64,000 nt of DNA from Macrostomum hystrix (taxonomy: Eukaryota > Animalia > Platyhelminthes). The stretch covers positions 6,634,001 through 6,698,000 of the forward strand of contig CATNEN010000024.1 in the NCBI GenBank assembly GCA_950097015.1. Direction: 5' to 3'. This document shows, piece by piece, positions 60,756-64,000 of this stretch. The number at the start of each line of letters is the position of its first letter. Position 1 is the stretch's first letter. Below the pieces are notes generated by a model, which saw only the letters and a list, made by a program, of their open reading frames with translations, made no database searches and was not told the DNA's origin. Position numbers and translations under genes: made by a program.

Positions 60756-60805
<50 letters not shown>

Positions 60806-61481
60806 ACCTTGGCTCGGCGGGCCAGGGCCAGTACCTGCTCCTGGGAAAAGCTCGGCGAAGAAGCCCCAGACGGTCTTGGGCTGGGACCAGAGATCCCGCG
60901 GGACGAGCGAGGTGGGACGAGCCGGGCAGGCGAACAGATGCGTGACCGACTCTTCCTCGCCGTGGCAACGCGGGCAGGTGGCAGGCGACTCGTGGTCGAG
61001 GCGGTGCTTATAACTGGCCAGGTGAAGGCAGAAACCCGACCGGAGTTGGGCTAGCGTGCCTGGGCGAAGCGCGGCAACTGCGTCTCGGAGGCGTCGATCA
61101 CAGGCGATGGCGCGCCGAGGACCCGATTAGGTTGCCGGTCAAGCAGGCGTTTCTGCACGCAAGCGGTGAGGAGGGCGATGGAAAGCTGGCGGGTGGTGAG
61201 CGGACCGGGGGAAGGACGGAGAAGCGGCTGATGCACGTTGATGAAGTTGATGGCGCAGGTGGTGAGCGACGAGCGAAGTTGCCGCCGCGGGGCCGGGACG
61301 AGCGACAGATGATGACATGGGTGACACGGATGAAGCGCTTGCACCCAGAACTGCGCTGCCAGAAGTTCAGAGTGCAGGGACACCGGCAGGATCATACATT
61401 CGTCATGAAGATGATCGATGCCCGAGCAGCTGTGGCACCCGGTGATGATTCTAAGCGCTGACCATAGAGTATCCCGGTGAT
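60756..61481 (-). mobile_element. 5'-truncated non-LTR retrotransposon (I/Jockey-like 3' end) with (CA)n tail
   Basis: PNRVLG..IDASETQLPR then, after a frameshift near 61052, LAQLRSGFC..CPRC..THLFACP (CCHC); stop followed by (CA)n; 13-bp TSD GATACTCTATGGT at 60743-60755 and 61482-61494. Clade tentative. Confidence 0.82.
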
Positions 61482-61670
61482 GATACTCTATGGTCAAGAC
61501 CCCCTAAGGATTTTACAGTGACATACATGACGTCATTATGTACATTCGTAAGTACAAAGCATACACAGCTCAAGCCCTAGATCTTCCAGTTGTCTCTCAA
61601 AGCCTTTTTGTTCATTCCGAAATTGTAGCCGACTAGAATGACGAAATTGTACCCCGCTCGGATTTTGCAG

Positions 61671-62502
61671 GTACCATGACGAAGTTTTCACCGACGTCGA
61701 TGCGGCAAGCTCAGACGCGACGATCGAGTCGTTGCCTGACGCCCCAGAACCTTCCGAAGTTGCAACTGTCGCCGCGCCACCGGCATTGCCTTCCGCCTCG
61801 GCCGCTGTTGCTGTTTCCGCTTCTGCTGAACTCGAGCCACCCGGATTGGCCTCGCCCATTCCCGCCTCTTCTGCGTCGGCTAACGGCGAAGACGTCATCA
61901 TCATCGACGATGCGCAACCGTTGTCGTCTGGCCTTATTACTTCGGCCTCGGCGGCTGTAGACGATGATGATTCTGTCATTGCCGCCGGTTCCGCCATCGT
62001 CACCGCAGTTGAGCCGGCTTCAACTGTGCCCAAAGTTGAAGTTCCAGCGCCTATCGTCAGTTCCAGCGTTGCGTCAGCGGCTAACAGCTGCGGCGGCGCC
62101 AGCGCTGGCGTCAAGAAAAATTTCGCTGCACTCTTTGGCGGTGGCTCAACTGTGGCGCCTCCGCCTCCGCAGCCGCAGCCTCAGCCGCAACCGCAAGCTC
62201 CAACTCAGCAGGCGCCTCGTCGACAAACTCCGGCCGCATCAACTAACGGCGGCAGCGGCAGTGGCTCTCATCCTGCCCCGTCTCAGCAGTTTGGGCCTGA
62301 GCACGATGCGCCTGACAATCAGCAAGTGTTTGTGGGCAATATTAAGCCCGAAGTTACCGAAGCTATGCTGATCGCCGAGTTAAGTGCGTATGGCGAGATT
62401 ATCGGCTGTCGAATCACACCAAATCGCAACAAGGACTCAGTGGGCTTCGGCTTTGTCAGCTTTAGCGATCCTGCAAGTGCTAAGTTTCTGATTGAACAGA
62501 AG
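61671..62502 (+). CDS. G3BP: G3BP exon 2 (acidic/Pro-rich linker and RRM)
   Basis: ttgcag|G TAC CAT GAC gives DIFR-YHDEVF (G3BP consensus DIFRYQDEVF); QVFVGNI..GFGFVSF RNP motifs; donor aag|gtcagt. Confidence 0.93.
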
Positions 62503-62702
62503 GTCAGTACAGCGTGGTCAATCGCATTTAGAATCTCTAATAGCGTGATCTTTCTACTGTTTAGCAACCGGCTGCTGTGTTACGTGCCTTTCTGTGTTCA
62601 GGAGTCTGTTGTGTGTGTACGCGTTGAATGGCTAGGTGTCTTTCGTAGTTAGTTAGTAGAGATGTAAAATATGTAATCAAAGTTACAACGTTATATTTGT
62701 AG

Positions 62703-62882
62703 AGAATTACCACCAGCTATGGTGATCGTCTCAACGTCGAGGAGAAAAAGTCTTCGGGGCGGCGCGGTGGTGGCGGTGGCGGCGGCGGCGGTGGTGGTGG
62801 CGAATATTACCGCGGCAGTGGTAGAGGCGGTCGCGGCAGTGGCGGAGGCGGTCGCGGCGGCTCTGGCGCTCCGAGGCGATAA
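62703..62882 (+). CDS. G3BP: G3BP exon 3 (RRM end and RGG tail; frame not in ORF track)
   Basis: ttgtag|RITTSYGDRLNVEEKK..RGSGRGGRGSGGGGRGG..*; total about 483 aa. Confidence 0.92.
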   Translation, partial: RITTSYGDRLNVEEKKSSGRRGGGGGGGGGGGGEYYRGSGRGGRGSGGGGRGGSGAPRR

Positions 62883-63857
62883 ATCTTCAATAAATGGGAT
62901 TTAATTGGGACTCGAAAAGCAGCAGAGTGGGTTGGGCGAATTCTGTGTTTAAAATCTGGTGTAAATGTTATCCTAATCGCACTACTGACCAGCAGTAGTA
63001 GTATGTAGCGCGTGGCAAGATAAAACACGGGCAAAATACTTCTCAAATTCTATCCGTCTCTTGTAGTTGTAAGTTTAAGCCAGTGATTTTGGTTAAGCGA
63101 AATTGTTTAATTTAATGCGGCCGCTAAGTGTTCCACTTGCTGTTGCTTTTTTATCGTTTCTCTCTTCGTTTCCTCATCGTCTCTGAGAAATAAGCAAGCA
63201 ATTCTTTTTGTTGAAAATGAATTCCAATTTAAATCTGCGCTGTCAGATGCCTGCCTCTAGGCACCGGTCTGATAATGAACAGTGCATTGGTATTTATACA
63301 CTCAGAGTTTCAGTGCTTCTAAGTATATTTTCTATCGGTCGATTCAATTGTGCTCGCCTTCTATATTCATTATGATATTAATTATACTTTTTTCCAGCTC
63401 ATTGATTGCCAGCTAACATTGGGTTGCCTTCCTTTATTTCTTATTATCTCCCTATTTTCTCTAGTTATAATCTTCCAACAATTTCTCTGCTCGTCTGTCT
63501 GCATTTGTTCGTGTGCGTGAGCCAGTTCTATTGGTTCGTGATTTGAGGCGATCCTGAAGTGCAACATCGCGCACATTTTCCCAGTGCTTCTTCTTTTCTC
63601 TCCGTCACTGTCTCGCTTCTGTCGCTCTGTCTCATTTTCTCAGCAGTTTTTTTTCATGTCAACACAGCGCAGTTATCTGGACTGTTTCGGCCGGTTAGAC
63701 TATGCAGCCGTTTCTAATAATTCAATGATGATTAATTAAATAAGTCCGCAGTTTGACAAAACAAACGATTCATCTGTTGCTTGAATTTCGGCTTCATTTA
63801 TTTTTTGCTATTGTATTTTCCTTGTAACATTGGTCTGTTATCGAGTCTTGGACTGCT

Positions 63858-64000
63858 TCCTTTCTGTCTGACTTCTTGTCTCTCTGCATCTCTTTCTGTC
63901 TGACTTCTTCTCACTCTGCATCTCTTTCTGTCTGACTTCTTGTCTCTCTGCATCTCTTTCTGTCTGACTTCTTCTCACTCTGCATCCCTTTCTGTCAGAC
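63858..64000. repeat. 32-bp minisatellite running off the window end
   Basis: TCTCTTTCTGTCTGACTTCTT(G/C)TC(T/A)CTCTGCA repeated. Confidence 0.85.

Overview
Eukaryotic (metazoan) genomic DNA with GC-rich exons, GT-AG introns, AT-rich spacers and many intronic minisatellites. The style suggests a free-living flatworm such as Macrostomum, but that is inference. I reconstructed six spliced genes by hand from splice sites and reading phase: (1) a PDZ-containing myosin-XVIII on the minus strand (10 exons, running off the left edge); (2) twinfilin (minus, 3 exons); (3) an ankyrin-repeat / cGAS-Mab-21-like nucleotidyltransferase (cGLR) fusion of about 937 aa (plus, 3 exons); (4) a six-finger zinc-finger protein (minus); (5) a glyoxylate/hydroxypyruvate-reductase-like dehydrogenase (minus, 4 exons); (6) G3BP (plus, 3 exons). 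Mobile DNA comprises a near-full-length RTE-like LINE with a twin-priming-type 5' inversion and a 12x16-bp repeat at the inversion junction, a second 5'-truncated LINE with an inverted target-site copy at its junction, Tc1 and mariner remnants, several MITEs (two with CGGT ends and apparent 6-bp TSDs) and two tRNA-derived SINE families. The strongest candidates for new biology are the ankyrin-cGLR fusion with an intact-looking catalytic triad, signs of reiterative (telomerase-like) copying by a LINE reverse transcriptase, a possible motor-less myosin-18 isoform, and intron-specific minisatellites placed just after splice donors. No CRISPR, rRNA or bona fide tRNA genes were seen. Repeat boundaries are approximate.
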